Positions 25,436 through 39,201 of a stretch of DNA of 64,000 nucleotides are shown one piece after another. This DNA comes from Octopus sinensis (lineage: Eukaryota). Under the pieces are notes generated by a model that made no database searches, was not told the origin of the DNA, and saw only the letters and a list, made by a program, of their open reading frames with translations. Made by a program: the position numbers and the translations under genes. How positions within the stretch are numbered: position 1 is the first letter of the stretch; every line of letters starts with the position of its first letter. The stretch spans positions 79,546,001-79,610,000 of the forward strand of contig NC_043002.1 in assembly GCF_006345805.1 (NCBI RefSeq), read 5' to 3'.

Positions 25436-25841
25436 AAATGTGACCGCGTGTGTACCGTTGGCGATTTTTTTCTCTCCGTCTTCCCTTCTCTGAATCTTTC
25501 CTTTTCCTATGTTTCTAACAAAGAGCTCCGCTCGAAACGTAAAACCCTCCTTCTTCCCTTCCTTCCCGAGCGTCCAATAATACTGTATTTGTTCCACGTC
25601 CTCGCGTTGTTGTGTTTTCTCTTTGTGTTTTCATGTTTGGATTAACTATGTATATATATATATATTTATACTTACATACGACGGGCTTCTTTCAGTTTCC
25701 GTCTACCAAATCCACTCATAAGGCTTTGGTCGACTCGAGGCTATAGTAGAAGATACTTGCCCAAGGTGCCACGCAGTGGGACTGAACCCAGAACCATGTG
25801 GTTGGTAAGCAAGCTACTTACCACACAGCCACTCTTGCGCC
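25132..25841 (-). mobile_element. SINE family A interrupted by a hammerhead-like repeat (~25436-25650)
   Basis: Head at 25680-25841 and tail at 25132-25340; foreign insert inside the internal CA/TA tract. Confidence 0.85.
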
Positions 25842-26855
25842 TATATGAATATAATTAAGACATAACGACTACGCAATAAAATGCCGAAGATATAGGACAC
25901 TAAATATAAACGAGACAATTCGTTGATAACGGTGAAACTCGAAGTAGATAAAGCTTTAAATAATACCGTGTAAAACACTGGGTTAAAAACATTTTGGATA
26001 CAAAAAGTTAGATACCACGCTGGAAAAAACATGCCTAGTAGCGATTCGTCCATCTTTACGTTCTGCGTTCAAATTCCGCGGAGGCCGACTTCGCTTCTCA
26101 TCTTTTTCTGGTCGATGAAATAGATATTAGCTGCGCATTAACGCCGATGTAACCGACTAATTCTCTCGCACCAAAATTTCAGGCCTTGTGCCTATAGTAG
26201 AAAAGATTACTTATAGCTTTATCTACTTCGAGTTTCACCGTTAAAAACGAGTTATTTCATGCTTATCGAAGTTTCTAAATTCTTATCACGTACACAAAAT
26301 ATATCAAATACCATAATGAGAGACATCATACAGAAAATATGCAACAGGCCCAGTGAAGGGATTCAAACGAATGCGAGTAACGGAAAAGTGGTCTGTGTTT
26401 TGCGAACCTGTTGCCATTTTAGAGTTTTATGGCTTTCTCTATAGGACAATACAAGATCTTCTCAAAGTCAAACGTCAAATGAAACAGAATCTAACTTCTT
26501 CCGTATAGCTACTCCTTCAAATACACGCAACTAGCGTTTTATATAAGAAATCTCCTTATCTCCTTTCTATTATTGGCAGAAGCCCTGAAATTTTGTGGTA
26601 GGGAACTAGTCTATTACATTTATCCCAGTATTGAGCTGGTATATATTTCATCGAATTCGAAAATGATGTAAAGCAAAGTCGACCTAGGCGGCATTTGAAC
26701 TCCGAACTTAAAGACGGACGAAATGCCGCTTTAAGCATTTTGCCATTTCAGTTCCACTGCGTGGCACCATGGGCGAGTGTGTCTTCTACTATCATGCCTC
26801 GGACCGACCAAAGCCTTGTGAATGGATTTGATAGACACAATTCAAAGAAGCCCGT

Positions 26856-26886
<31 letters not shown>

Positions 26887-26959
26887 TATATATATAATAT
26901 ATATATATATATATAATTTACATACATAGATACATATATTTATGTGAGTGGTCTGTGTT

Positions 26960-27565
26960 TGTCACCTTACTGTATTTCCTCGCCACTTGTCAGTTCAGGA
27001 AGTGGAGGTGCGATTTTCCTTCGGGCCTGTAGTACTGCTGGTGTCTTTGAGGTCGGCAGAGAACACTCCGCTCTTATGTGGCCTTTCTGTCCACATCTAT
27101 AACATTGGGTCTTCCAGCCCTCCTCTATAACTCTCAATTCCACCTTCTCGCTCGCTCTTATGGTGCCAACCATTCTTTGAAGGCCCTCCGAAGCAGCGTG
27201 GATGATTATCTCCAGGGTCTACTCTTGTCAATTCTTCGGTGATGTTCTCGTTACTTGGAGGACCTCTATCTTCTCTTCTACATCCAGCAGTATTGCAGCC
27301 ACCAGCGAGGCGACATCTACCTCCGGGCTATCTCTTCCACTCTTACTCAGGAAGCACGTCTTCTAAGAAAAGTAGGTAGAAGTATTACCTCGTCTGTTTT
27401 CAGGGCGGCTACCGAATGTTGCCTGGCCTTCTCCTCGCTTTCAAATCGCACCTCTACAGTTGCGCATTTCCTTCTTCTGGCAATGCAAGTGACATCCTAC
27501 CAGATGGGTCTCAAAGCCTTCTCTACTTGTAGTTTTATCACTATCTCCGGTCTCTTTGCATCCAG
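26960..27565 (-). pseudogene. LINE ORF1 (gag-like) remnant with CCHC zinc knuckle
   Basis: Minus translation ...VAAILLDVEEKIEVLQV...TLEIIIHA...LRVIEEGWKTQCYRCGQKGHIRAEC with in-frame stops upstream; CX2CX4HX4C motif. Confidence 0.7.
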
Positions 27566-27894
27566 ACTGTATGTATGTATGTATGTATGTATGTATGTAT
27601 GTATGTATGTATGTATGTATGTATATGTATGTGTGTGTGTGTGTGTTTGTGTGTCTGTGTTTGACCCCCAACATCGCTTGACAACCGATGCTGGTGGCTT
27701 TACGTCCCCATAACCTAGCGGTTCGGCCAAAGGGACCGGTAGAATAAGTACTAGGCTTACAAAGAATAAAGTCCTGGGGTCGATTTGCTCGACTAAAAGG
27801 TAGTGCTCTAGCATGGCCGCAGCCAAATGACTGAAATAAGTAAAAGAATAAAAGAATGAAAGAATATATGTATCTATGTATATATTCCTCTGAC

Positions 27895-28026
<132 letters not shown>

Positions 28027-28268
28027 CACGCCATGATAGATCGTTAGCTCCTACACGCATTTTTTCTCTCCTTGTTTCTCTCCTTGTTTTTTTTTCTGTG
28101 TATCCTTCTGTCGAAGAGCGTACGCTCGAAACGTAAAAAAATTTTTCTATTCCTGAGCGCTATGCTAATACATTTGTTTGTTTGTACTCCACCTGCCTTT
28201 GTCTTTTGTTTATTTTCGTAAACTTTCGCTCTATCTATCTATCTATCTATCTATCTATCATCTATCTA

Positions 28269-28335
<67 letters not shown>

Positions 28336-29089
28336 TTTGTGACGTTCATGATTTTCTCAACCGTATACCTCCCGTCGTATATGAAGTAAAATCCAACCGA
28401 GTTTCAAAATAATTGCTACGGAACGTTCTGCTGCATTGACGTCTCGCTTGCTTGCTTACATGTCTGTCTGTCTGTCTGACTGTCTGTCTGTCTGCCAGTC
28501 TGTTAGTCGCTCTAAGACGCATGCTTACAGTAGAATGTGAATAAAGATAATTAAGATTATTTACATCGCTACAAGTTCCCACTCATAAAGATAATAACCA
28601 GCGTTGGATATTATCTCATAAAGTGAATATGTGATTAAAGAATAATTAAAAGGTAATTTTAATTGATAGATTGAAGACTTTACTAAACATCAAAGATCTC
28701 TACGAAATATCGAGCGTAAACAAATATGCGAAATCATAAACAATTCAATATTTTACTTTGTGATCAAAGTAGTCTGAGTCATAAAATACACATTAACTGG
28801 GGGACGTTATGATGTCTGTTGTAGTTGTTGTCGTTCTGTTACTATTCGTAGTTTTAGTATTGTTACTACACAGTAAATATTGAGTAATTGAGTATGTACC
28901 TATAGACATACACACATACACACACATAAACACACATTCATACATACATTCATACGTACATATATACATACATACACGTATTTCGTTATTCCTTTATATG
29001 CATACAAATAGATTTCCCTTTATTCCTTGATATATACACATATACGTACATACATATATACAAACATACATACATACATACATACGTAC

Positions 29090-29134
<45 letters not shown>

Positions 29135-29678
29135 AAGAGAGAGAGAGTGAAAGAAAGAGAGAGATACGTGCCGAAAGGAAGTCAATAGTAAACGACAGAA
29201 TTCCGTATTCTACGCTACTTAATGTTTACTTTTTGAACAAAGTAGTGTGTATTTTGAGAAAGAATTGGTTGCTATGTCTTGTAGATCGAGTGATTTGCAC
29301 AGAGATTCCATCGCTAGCTCGCACTATCGATGGAAGTACGCCTTCATATTGAGTATAGAAATGATCCATCAACTTCGTCAACTTATAGCCACGTGAGGAG
29401 CTAAAGTCAATACTGCAAGTTCACGGCAGCCCTTGTCACTATCGTGTTCTTCCTGATTGTTAGAACATTCATCCATCGTTGACACGTATTTAGAAATGAA
29501 GGGATTAAACTGATCGGTCGCTTTCACTCAGTTCCTAATCTTCCCCACCTATTCTGAAATTCTGTCGACTCGTCCGTTCGCAAATTTTTCTCTTACTCTC
29601 TCTCTCTCTCTTTGCACTTTTCCTTTGCTTTAGGTCCGTTTGCTTGTGTTTTTCTCACTCCTAATATATATCATATAT

Positions 29679-29744
<66 letters not shown>

Positions 29745-29753
29745 GTGGTATAT

Positions 29754-29800
<47 letters not shown>

Positions 29801-30049
29801 ATATATATATATATATTATACATATATACAGTTGAAATGGGTGTTAAGAATCCATACAAATCGAAAGTTATTGTTAGAAAGTAAAGGTCGAAATAGCACA
29901 AAAGTACGTTTAAAGATTGTTTTATATCCGTTACAAGTTACGTTCAGTGACTTTTTATAAAACATTGCCCGGTTACTATGTGTATATCCATCTAATAAAA
30001 TGTTAAGAATTGAACGACAAAAACTTGGGAATAAAAAAAAAAAAATTAG

Positions 30050-30294
30050 AAATTAAAAATAGTTTGTTCTTATATTTTGGGCATAGTTAAGAAAATGTAT
30101 GTGTGTGCGTGGAAAGGAAAAAAAATCTGTATAAATATTTGTCTTGCATAAGCACCGCTGTAAATATAGATACCTCACTTGATGTTTTATCAAACTGCGG
30201 CAACGCTGAATAAATTGCAATAATACTGAATTAAAACATTTATAGAGAGTTTTCCCTTCCTGAAATATGTATGCATTCTTTTTGACAGACCCTG
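30050..30294 (-). mobile_element. Solo Tc1/mariner-type terminus
   Basis: TA-CAGGGTCTGTCAAAAAGAATGCATACA on the minus strand; partner TIR not found. Confidence 0.35.
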
Positions 30295-30314
30295 TATATA
30301 CATACATACATACA

Positions 30315-30381
<67 letters not shown>

Positions 30382-30383
<2 letters not shown>

Positions 30384-33300
30384 TCACAATCAAGGAACGG
30401 CCATAATAGGCCATTCACCCACTAGAAATAACAGCCAAAAGCTTCAACCGCAAAATAACATCAATCCGTAAACCAGGAGAAAATTAAAAAACATTTACCC
30501 TGTAATTTCTTATACGATGCACCGTTTCATCTACTGTTTAATGGTAAACTAACCTGATTAAATTAAATCAAGCAATCTACCATAGGCCCTTAGATTCATC
30601 AGTAAGAAATAGCCAAGTCGGAACAGATATTTTTCACGAGGCATTCCCGTCCCTGCCTCGGCAATATCTGACCTAAAATTTTCAAATCATCGCACTCGCG
30701 CCAAATTTATCGGCACCAAATAAATATAAGCCGCCGATTCCATTACGGAATTAACCAGAAAATTCATAATTAATCAATATAGGGTGGCAAACAATTTTGT
30801 AGAATTTTTTGCACCAGCGGCCTAGTGGGAAAAAATTAAATAGTCATAGACCATTTTTAAGTTCAACATCACAATCAAGGAACGGCCATAATAGCCATTC
30901 ACCCACTAGAAATAACAGCCAAAAGCTTCAACCGCAAAATAACATCAATTCGTAAACCAGGAGAAAATTAAAAAACATTTACCCTGTAATTTCTTATACG
31001 ATGCACCGTTTCATCTACTGTTTAATGGTAAACTAACCTGATTAAATTAAATCAAGCCAATCTACCATAGGCCCCTTAGTCATCAGTAAGAAATAGCAAG
31101 TCGGAACAGATATTTTTCACGAGGCATTCCCGTCCCTGCCTCAGCATATCTGACCTAAAATTTTCAAATCATCGCACTCGCGCCAAATTTATCGGCAGCA
31201 AAATAAATAAGCCGCCGATTCCATTACGGAATTAACCAGAAAATTCATAATTAATCAATATAGGGTGCCAAAAAATTTTGTAGAATTTTTTTGCCACCAG
31301 CGCCTAGTGGGAAAAAATTAATAGTCATAGACCATTTTTAAGTTCAACATCACAATCAAGGAACGGCCATAATAGGCCATTCACACCACTAGAAATAACA
31401 GCCAAAATGGCTTGATTTAATTTAATCAGGTTAGTTTACCATTAAACAGTAGATGAAACGGTGCATCGTTATAAGAAATACAGGGTAAATGTTTTTTAAT
31501 TTTCTCCTGGTTTACGGAATTGATGTTATTTTGCGGTTGTTGAAGCTTTTGGCTGTTTTTCTAGTGGGTGAAGGCCTATTATGGCCGTTCCTTGATTGTG
31601 ATGTTGAACTTAAAAATGGTCTATGACTATTAATTTTTTCCCACTAGGCCGCTGGTGGCAAAAAAATTCTACAAAATTTTTTGCCACCCTATATTGATTA
31701 ATTATAATTTTCTGGTTAATTCCGTAATGGAATCGGCGGCTTATATTTATTTGGTGCCGATAAATTTGGCGCGAGTGGATGATTTGAAAATTTTAGGTCA
31801 GATATTGCCGAGGCAGGGACGGGAATGCCTCGTGAAAAATATCTGTTCCGACTTGGCTTTTCTTACTGATGAATCTAAGGGCCTATGGTAGATTGGCTTG
31901 ATTTAATTTAATCAGGTTAGTTTACCATTAACACAGTAGATGAAACGGTGCATCGTATAAGAAATTAACAGGGAAATGTTTTTTAATTTTCTCCTGGTTT
32001 ACGGAATTGATGTTATTTTGCGGGGTTGAAGCTTTTGGCTGTTATTTCTAGATGGGTGAATGGCCTATTGGCCGTTCCTTGATTGTGATGTTGAACTTAA
32101 AAATGGTCTATGACTATTAATTTTTTCCCACTAGGCCGCTGGTGGCAAAAAAATTCTACACAAAATTTTTTGCCACCCTATATTGATTAATTATGAATTT
32201 TCTGGTTAATTCCGTAATGGAATCGGCGGCTTAATTTATTTGGTGCCGATAAATTTGGCGCGAGGGCGATGATTTGAAAATTTTAGGTCAGATATTGCTG
32301 AGGCAGGGAGGGACGGGAATGCCTCGTGAAAAATATTGTTCCGACTTGGCTATTTCTTACTGATGATCTAAGGGCCTATGGTAGATTGGCTTGATTTAAT
32401 TTAATCAGTTAGTTTACCATTAAACAGTAGATGAAACGGTGCATCGTATAAGAAATTACAGGGTTAAATGTTTTTTAATTTTCTCCTGGTTTACGGAATT
32501 GATGTTATTTTGCTTGTTGAAGCTTTTGGCTGTTATTTCTAGTGGGTGAATGGCCTATTATGGCCGTTCCTTGATTGTGTGTTGTTGAACTTAAAAATGG
32601 TCTATGACTATTCAATTTTTTCCCACTAGGCCGCTGGTGGCAAAAAAATTCTACAAAATTTTTTGCCACCCTATATTGATTAATTATGAATTTTCTGGTT
32701 AATTCCGTAATGGAATCGGCGGCTTATATTTATTTGCTGCCGATAAATTTGGCGCGAGTGCGATGATTTGAAAACTTTAGGTCAGATATTGCCGAGGCAG
32801 GGACGGGAATGCCTCGTGAAAAATATCTGTTCCGACTTGGCTATTTCTTACTGATGAATCTAAGGGCCTATGGTAGATTGGCTTGATTTAATTTAATCAG
32901 GTTAGTTTACCATTAAACAGTAGATGAAACGGTGCATCGTATAAGAAATTACAGGGTAAATGTTTTTTAATTTTCTCCTGGTTTACGGAATTGATGTTAT
33001 TTTGCGGTTGAAGCTTTTGGCTGTTATTTCTAGTGGGTGAATGGCCTATTTGGGCCGTTCCTTGATTGTGATGTTGAACTTAAAAATGGTCTATGACTAT
33101 TTAATTTTTTCCCACTAGGCCGCTGGTGGCAAAAAAATTCTACAAAATTTTTTGCCACCCTATATTGATTAATTATGAATTTTCTGGTTAATTCCGTAAT
33201 GGAATCGGCGGCTTATATTTATTTGGTGCCGATAAATTTGGCGCGAGTGCGATGATTTGAAAATTTTAGGTCAGATATTGCCGAGGCAGGGACGGGAATG

Positions 33301-34148
33301 CCTCGTGAAAAATATCTGTTCCGACTTGGCTATTTCTTACTGATGAATCTAAGGGCCTATTGTAGATTGGCTTGATTTAATTTAATCAGTTAGTTTACCA
33401 TTAAACAGTAGATGAACGGTGCATCGTATAAGAAATTACAGGGTAAATGTTTTTTAATTTTCTCCTGGTTTACGGAATTGATGTTATTTTGCGGTTGAAG
33501 CTTTTGGCTGTTTTTCTAGTGGGTGAATGGCCTATTGGGCCGTTCCTTGATTGTGATGTTGAACTTAAAAATGGTCCTATGACTATTTAATTTTTTCCAC
33601 TAGGCCGCTGGTGGCAAAAAAATTCTACAAAATTTTTTGGCCACCTATATTGATTAATTATGAATTTTCTGGTTAATTCCGTAATGGAATCGGCGGCTTA
33701 TATTTATTTGGTGCCGATAAATTTGGCGCGAGTGCGATGATTTGAAAATTTTAGGTCAGATATTGCCGAGGCAGGGACGGGAATGCCTCGTGAAAAATAT
33801 CTGTTCCGACTTGGCTATTTCTTACTGATGAATCTAAGGGCCTATGGTAGATTGGCTTGATTTAATTTAATCAGGTTAGTTTACCATTAAACAGTAGATG
33901 AAACGGTGCATCGTATAAGAAATTACAGGGTAAATGTTTTTTAATTTTCTCCTGGTTTACGGAATTGATGTTATTTTGCGGTTGAAGCTTTTGGCTGTTA
34001 TTTCTAGTGGGTGAATGGCCTATTATGGCCGTTCCTTGATTGTGATGTTGAACTTAAAAATGGTCTATGACTATTTAATTTTTTCCCACTAGGCCGCTGG
34101 TGGCAAAAAAATTCTACAAATTGTTTGCCACCCTATATTGATTAATTA
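30382..34148. repeat. Satellite array of a ~487 bp unit (~2.1 forward + ~5.6 reverse copies) with inversion at ~31407
   Basis: CATCACAATCAAGG at 30382, 30867 and 31348; its reverse complement recurs every ~485-492 bp from ~31590 to ~34035. Confidence 0.95.
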
Positions 34149-34156
34149 TATATATA

Positions 34157-34244
<88 letters not shown>

Positions 34245-35296
34245 ATATATATATGTATGTATATAATAGATAGATAGATAGATATATCTATATCTATCTA
34301 TTTATCTATCTATTGGGGAGGTTTCATTTATAAGGACGTACTCACGTATTTGTCTGAGTGTTGGGTCTTTCGGGTGCTTGACCCAACACTAAATAGGAAA
34401 TATACACAATAAATACCATACCTCCATACCCACAGTTTACACAGGTAGAGTAGAATTGTTAGTGGACTGTTAGGTAGATAAATGTATGTATGTGGGTGTG
34501 GTGTGTGTGTGTGTGTATGCACCTTTTTTTCTGTATGTAAGCATATAGATATGTAAATAAACAGATCAATATACAGACGGATAGGTATATAGACTATATG
34601 AACAGACACATATGAAGACACGGATCCTCACATATAAAGATGCACATCCATACATACAAACATGGTACATAGTTGCATAACACACACACACAGATATGCA
34701 CACAGAAGGAGACAGAGGTGCTCACACACACATACATAGAAAATACACAAACACGGACAGGCAAGCACATTAATATGCAGGATACGTACATACAGATGCA
34801 CACACATACATACATATATAATATACATACACACATATATATATACAAACACATGCAAACACACACACATACATACGTACATGCATGCATGTATAGGCAC
34901 ACACACACACTGACCCAGACACATGCGCACAAACAAACCAAAGGGAACGCAGTGTAATTAACGGATAGAGTTAAAACTATTGAAAAGGTTGTAAGACGCA
35001 ACGAACATTTTAGGACAATAGAAATAAGAAAAAAGTGGAAATTTTACCGGTGAGTGTGTTAAATAATAAGGCACAAGAAGAAAATGACTCTCCCCAGACA
35101 CAACAGAATATGCTTCAACACACGATCTCATATAAAGAATCTTGCAAACCAAATCCCAAAACGAAATATATATATATATATATATATAATATATATATAT
35201 CTATATATATAATATATATATATATATGCATAAACATATATATAAATGTATGTATATGCATATATACATATGTATGTATATATAATGTTTATATAC

Positions 35297-35353
<57 letters not shown>

Positions 35354-35434
35354 ATAAACTTATATATATATATATATATATGCATGTATGTATATATAAA
35401 TGTATATATATATGCATATATATATATATATATG

Positions 35435-35484
<50 letters not shown>

Positions 35485-35502
35485 ATATGTATGGATATAT
35501 AA

Positions 35503-35561
<59 letters not shown>

Positions 35562-35580
35562 GTAGATAGAGCGATATATA

Positions 35581-36405
35581 CGAGGGTTAGTCCCAGGGAA
35601 ACTGGGTGTGTGGCTATTGGCAAATTGTGTTTGTTGTGCATGCGCCTGCACCTGCGCGCACCTCTCTGCAACGCTCACTTTTGGTTTGGCAGTCGTATCT
35701 GATGACGCGCCCGATTGACCTACCTCCAAGTGTGAAGTTCGCACAGTTATTCACGTTTTGAACGCAAAAGCCATTAAACCGATTGAAATTCGTCGCCAAT
35801 TAGCGAAAGTGTATGGCGCGTCGTGCATGGATATCAAAATCGTCCGCAAGTGTTGTAGGGAATTTGCAGCTGGTCGTACTGAAATTCATGACGAAGAAAG
35901 AAGCGGTCAATTTCCGACGAGACAGTTGCGAAAGCTGAGCAAATCCTGCGTGAAAATCGGCAGATCACTCTGGATAATCTCCGCATTTTGATTCCTGAGT
36001 TTTTCTGGAGCACCATTCATAGGGTTTTGAGTGAAAAGTTGCAAAATCGGAAGGTGTGCGCAAGCTGGGTCCCACGAAAGCTCACAGAAGACTATAAACG
36101 GCCACTCACCTTATTGTCCTGACTTGGCACACAACGAAAGAACATTTGGCCGGAACGTGCTTCAGCAATGACAACGAGGTGAAAGATGAGGTTCAACGCT
36201 TCCTCAACGACATGGCAGTGAGCTGGTATGACACGGGCATACAAAAACTCTCCCAGCACCTACAAAAAATGTATCGACTGAAGTGGCGATTATGTCGAAA
36301 AATAGATAAATGTTCAAACTTTAAATTATGTAAACATCATTGACAATAAACGTTTCTGTGACTTCTAAATATTTTTGGAATCCCGACTTTTGGGGATTAC
36401 CCTCG
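35581..36405 (+). mobile_element. Internally deleted mariner element
   Basis: TA-flanked TIRs CGAGGG...CCCTCG; transposase remnants [12 protein letters not shown]...HDEERSG, WVPRKLTE, HSPYCPDLA and KCID*SGDYVEK; most of the catalytic core is missing. Confidence 0.9.
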
Positions 36406-36416
36406 TATATATATAA

Positions 36417-36816
36417 CTAGTAGTATCGCCCGGCGTTGCTCGGGTTTGTAAGGGAAATAACTATAAAGCATTTTTAGAGAGTTATAGCCAAAAAATAGCA
36501 AAAAAATGCATTCAAAATGGAAAAAAATGATGGTAATTTTTTTTTTAAATCGTTGACTCATCGTAGATATTTTTAGAGAGTTACTTCCCTTATATAATAG
36601 CGAAAAAATGCATTAAAATGGAAAAAAATGATGGTAAATTATTTTTTAAATCGTAGACTCATCGTAGACGCGCGCTAATACCCAGAAGGGCTCGATATGA
36701 ATCACGACTATAAGATACCCGAATTTGGTTAAACTGCACCGCAAAATGTGGGAGTAGTTAGGAATCTAAATCGTAGGAGACAGACACTCACACAACTTCA
36801 CTTTTATATATAAAGA
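36417..36816 (-). mobile_element. Non-autonomous Helitron
   Basis: Same termini as 18942-19455; has an internal ~120 bp duplication instead of the extra segment. Confidence 0.8.
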
Positions 36817-37589
36817 TTTCTTTTGTGGAATATTATAAATAGTACTCCATCATACAATGTTACACGTTTACGAAGTGTTCAAAATTGTTCACTCTCCTTC
36901 TCTCTCTTTCTCTCCTTCTCTCTCTTTTATCTCTCTCTTTCCCTGTCAGCCTCTCTGTTACTCTCAATCTTTGTATTTCTTTCTCTTCAATTTTCCCTTA
37001 ATCCTTCACTCACATTTCATTTTTTCGTAGACACTCTCTCAGTAATACTTCCGTGTGCGAACGAGCACAGTTATTCATTCACGCCTTTCATCAAATATTC
37101 ACCCATTCAATCATTCTCTCCCTTCTTTAATAATTCATATTCTTATTGGTTCACTCACCCAGTCACACTCAGTCAGCCATACGCTCACACATCCATTCAC
37201 ACTCTTACGCACGTCACAGGCTCACACGCACACATCTTCGTACTAACACGTAAATTCGCACACTCATTCACACACGCAAACATTCACTCACGCCTACCCA
37301 TAACTATGCACATACTAGCTTACTATTACACACTAAATTAAGAACTTCCACACTCAGTCACCCGGTTTTTTTTTTAATTACATACCGTCAATAAATATTC
37401 ACTCGTCCATGTATTGACGAACACACTCACGTGCGCGCATACACGTAGTACGCACATTTATACTCTCACTCACACACTCACACACACATTCTCTCTCTCA
37501 CATACTCATTCACTCTCATATATATTCTCTCACGCAGTCTTACGTTCATACTTTCAGGCACTCACGCGCTAAATTATTCATATACACCC

Positions 37590-38040
37590 ACTCACTCATT
37601 TAGTCACACACTCACTCACTCGCTCGCTCACTCACTCACTCACTCACTCACTCACTCACTCACTCGCTGGCTCACTCACTCACTTGCTCCCTCACTTGCG
37701 TACTCACTAACTCACTCACTGTGTCACTTACTCGCCCATACACTCACTCCCTCACTCCCTCACTCAGTCACATGCTCACTCGCTCACACTCGCTCACTCG
37801 CTCACTCACTCGCTCACTCATTCGCACACTCACTCGCCCATTCACCCACTCAATCAATCACTCGCTCACTCACTCACTCACTCACTCACTCACTCACTCA
37901 CTCACTCACTCACTCACTCATCACTCACTCACACACTCACTTACACACTCACTCACTAAGTCACTCACTCACTCACTCGCCCATTCACTAACTCACACTC
38001 ACTCACTCACTCACTCACTCATTCACTCACTCACTAACTT
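37590..38040. repeat. (CTCA)n microsatellite
   Basis: Directly visible; explains the LTHS-repeat ORF. Confidence 0.95.
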
Positions 38041-38139
38041 GCTCTTTCATTTACGTACGCTTACACTCACAAAATTCCTCATAAAAAAAAACGAGACTTT
38101 CCTCAATTCTACCACCTTTGTCCCAAATACTTCACACAC

Positions 38140-38390
38140 TCCTTGCTACCTGGCTTTTCACTTAGTTCCCTCCTATCTCCCTACACTTCCCGCTAATACT
38201 GTGTTCCTTCACACTGCGAACCTCCACCCAAGATCGTCTCCTCTTCGATTGTAAAGATTGGAACTTCCGTTCGTCAAAACTACTAAGGAAATTAAAACAT
38301 ACTTTGCTAGCTTCACAATAGAAAGAGTTCACAGATACAAACCCTTTTCCTTCATCTATAACTTTGACCCCAACAGCAGCCCATAAATCA
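38140..38390 (+). mobile_element. Possible L2/CR1 3' fragment
   Basis: VPSYL...HTANLHPRSS..L*RLELPFVKT resembles the PSYL...LRSS..L.VP..RT tail of these LINEs; weak. Confidence 0.3.
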
Positions 38391-39142
38391 TATTACTTCG
38401 AATCTAAGGGAATACGAAGGACGAGGCGAGTGTGAATGTGTGTAAGTATTTGATTAAAAATTGTGTTTCGGTGTTTGTAAAAGTGTGTGTAAGGCACGTT
38501 CAAGAGATTGAATATGTTTGGTTGCAATTACTTGTGTGTGTGTATGTGTGTATGTGTATGTGTGTATGTGTATGTGTGTATGTGCGCATGTGTGCGTGTA
38601 TGTATACGTGAGTGTGTATGGGAAATAGTTATACATTCGATTATGTGAAGGTATGCATGTTGACGTGTGAATATATAACTGCTCCAGCATGGCCACAGAT
38701 CGAGCTGAAACAAGATAAAATTAATATATATATATATATATAAATGTGTTGATACGTATATATACACGCGCACACAAAATTGTATGTATGTATGAATGTA
38801 AGTATGTACGTATGTATGTATGTATGCAGCTATGTATGTATATATATGTATATATGTATGTATGTATGTATGTATGTTTGTATGTATATATGTATGTATC
38901 TCTGAATGGATGGATGTATATATATATGTGTATATATATATGTGTATATATATGTATATACATATATATGTATATATATGTATATATATGTATATATATA
39001 TATATATGTATATATATATGGGTGCGTATGTGTTTGTGTTATACCTAAGCTGTGTGTTTCCTTTTAGGTTCATGTAGGTGTATAACGATATGTACTTGCA
39101 TCCGTTATAAACGTGCGTTTCTAGTACAAACCTACATACATG

Positions 39143-39201
<59 letters not shown>

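Noticed and set aside
30600-30660. Short resemblance of the satellite unit to U2 snRNA (TATCTGTTC, CTTTTGGCT)
   Set aside because: Only 9-nt matches, in the wrong spacing; no snRNA fold or Sm site context.
31655-31891. 78 aa ORF in the satellite
   Set aside because: Frame not conserved in the other units.
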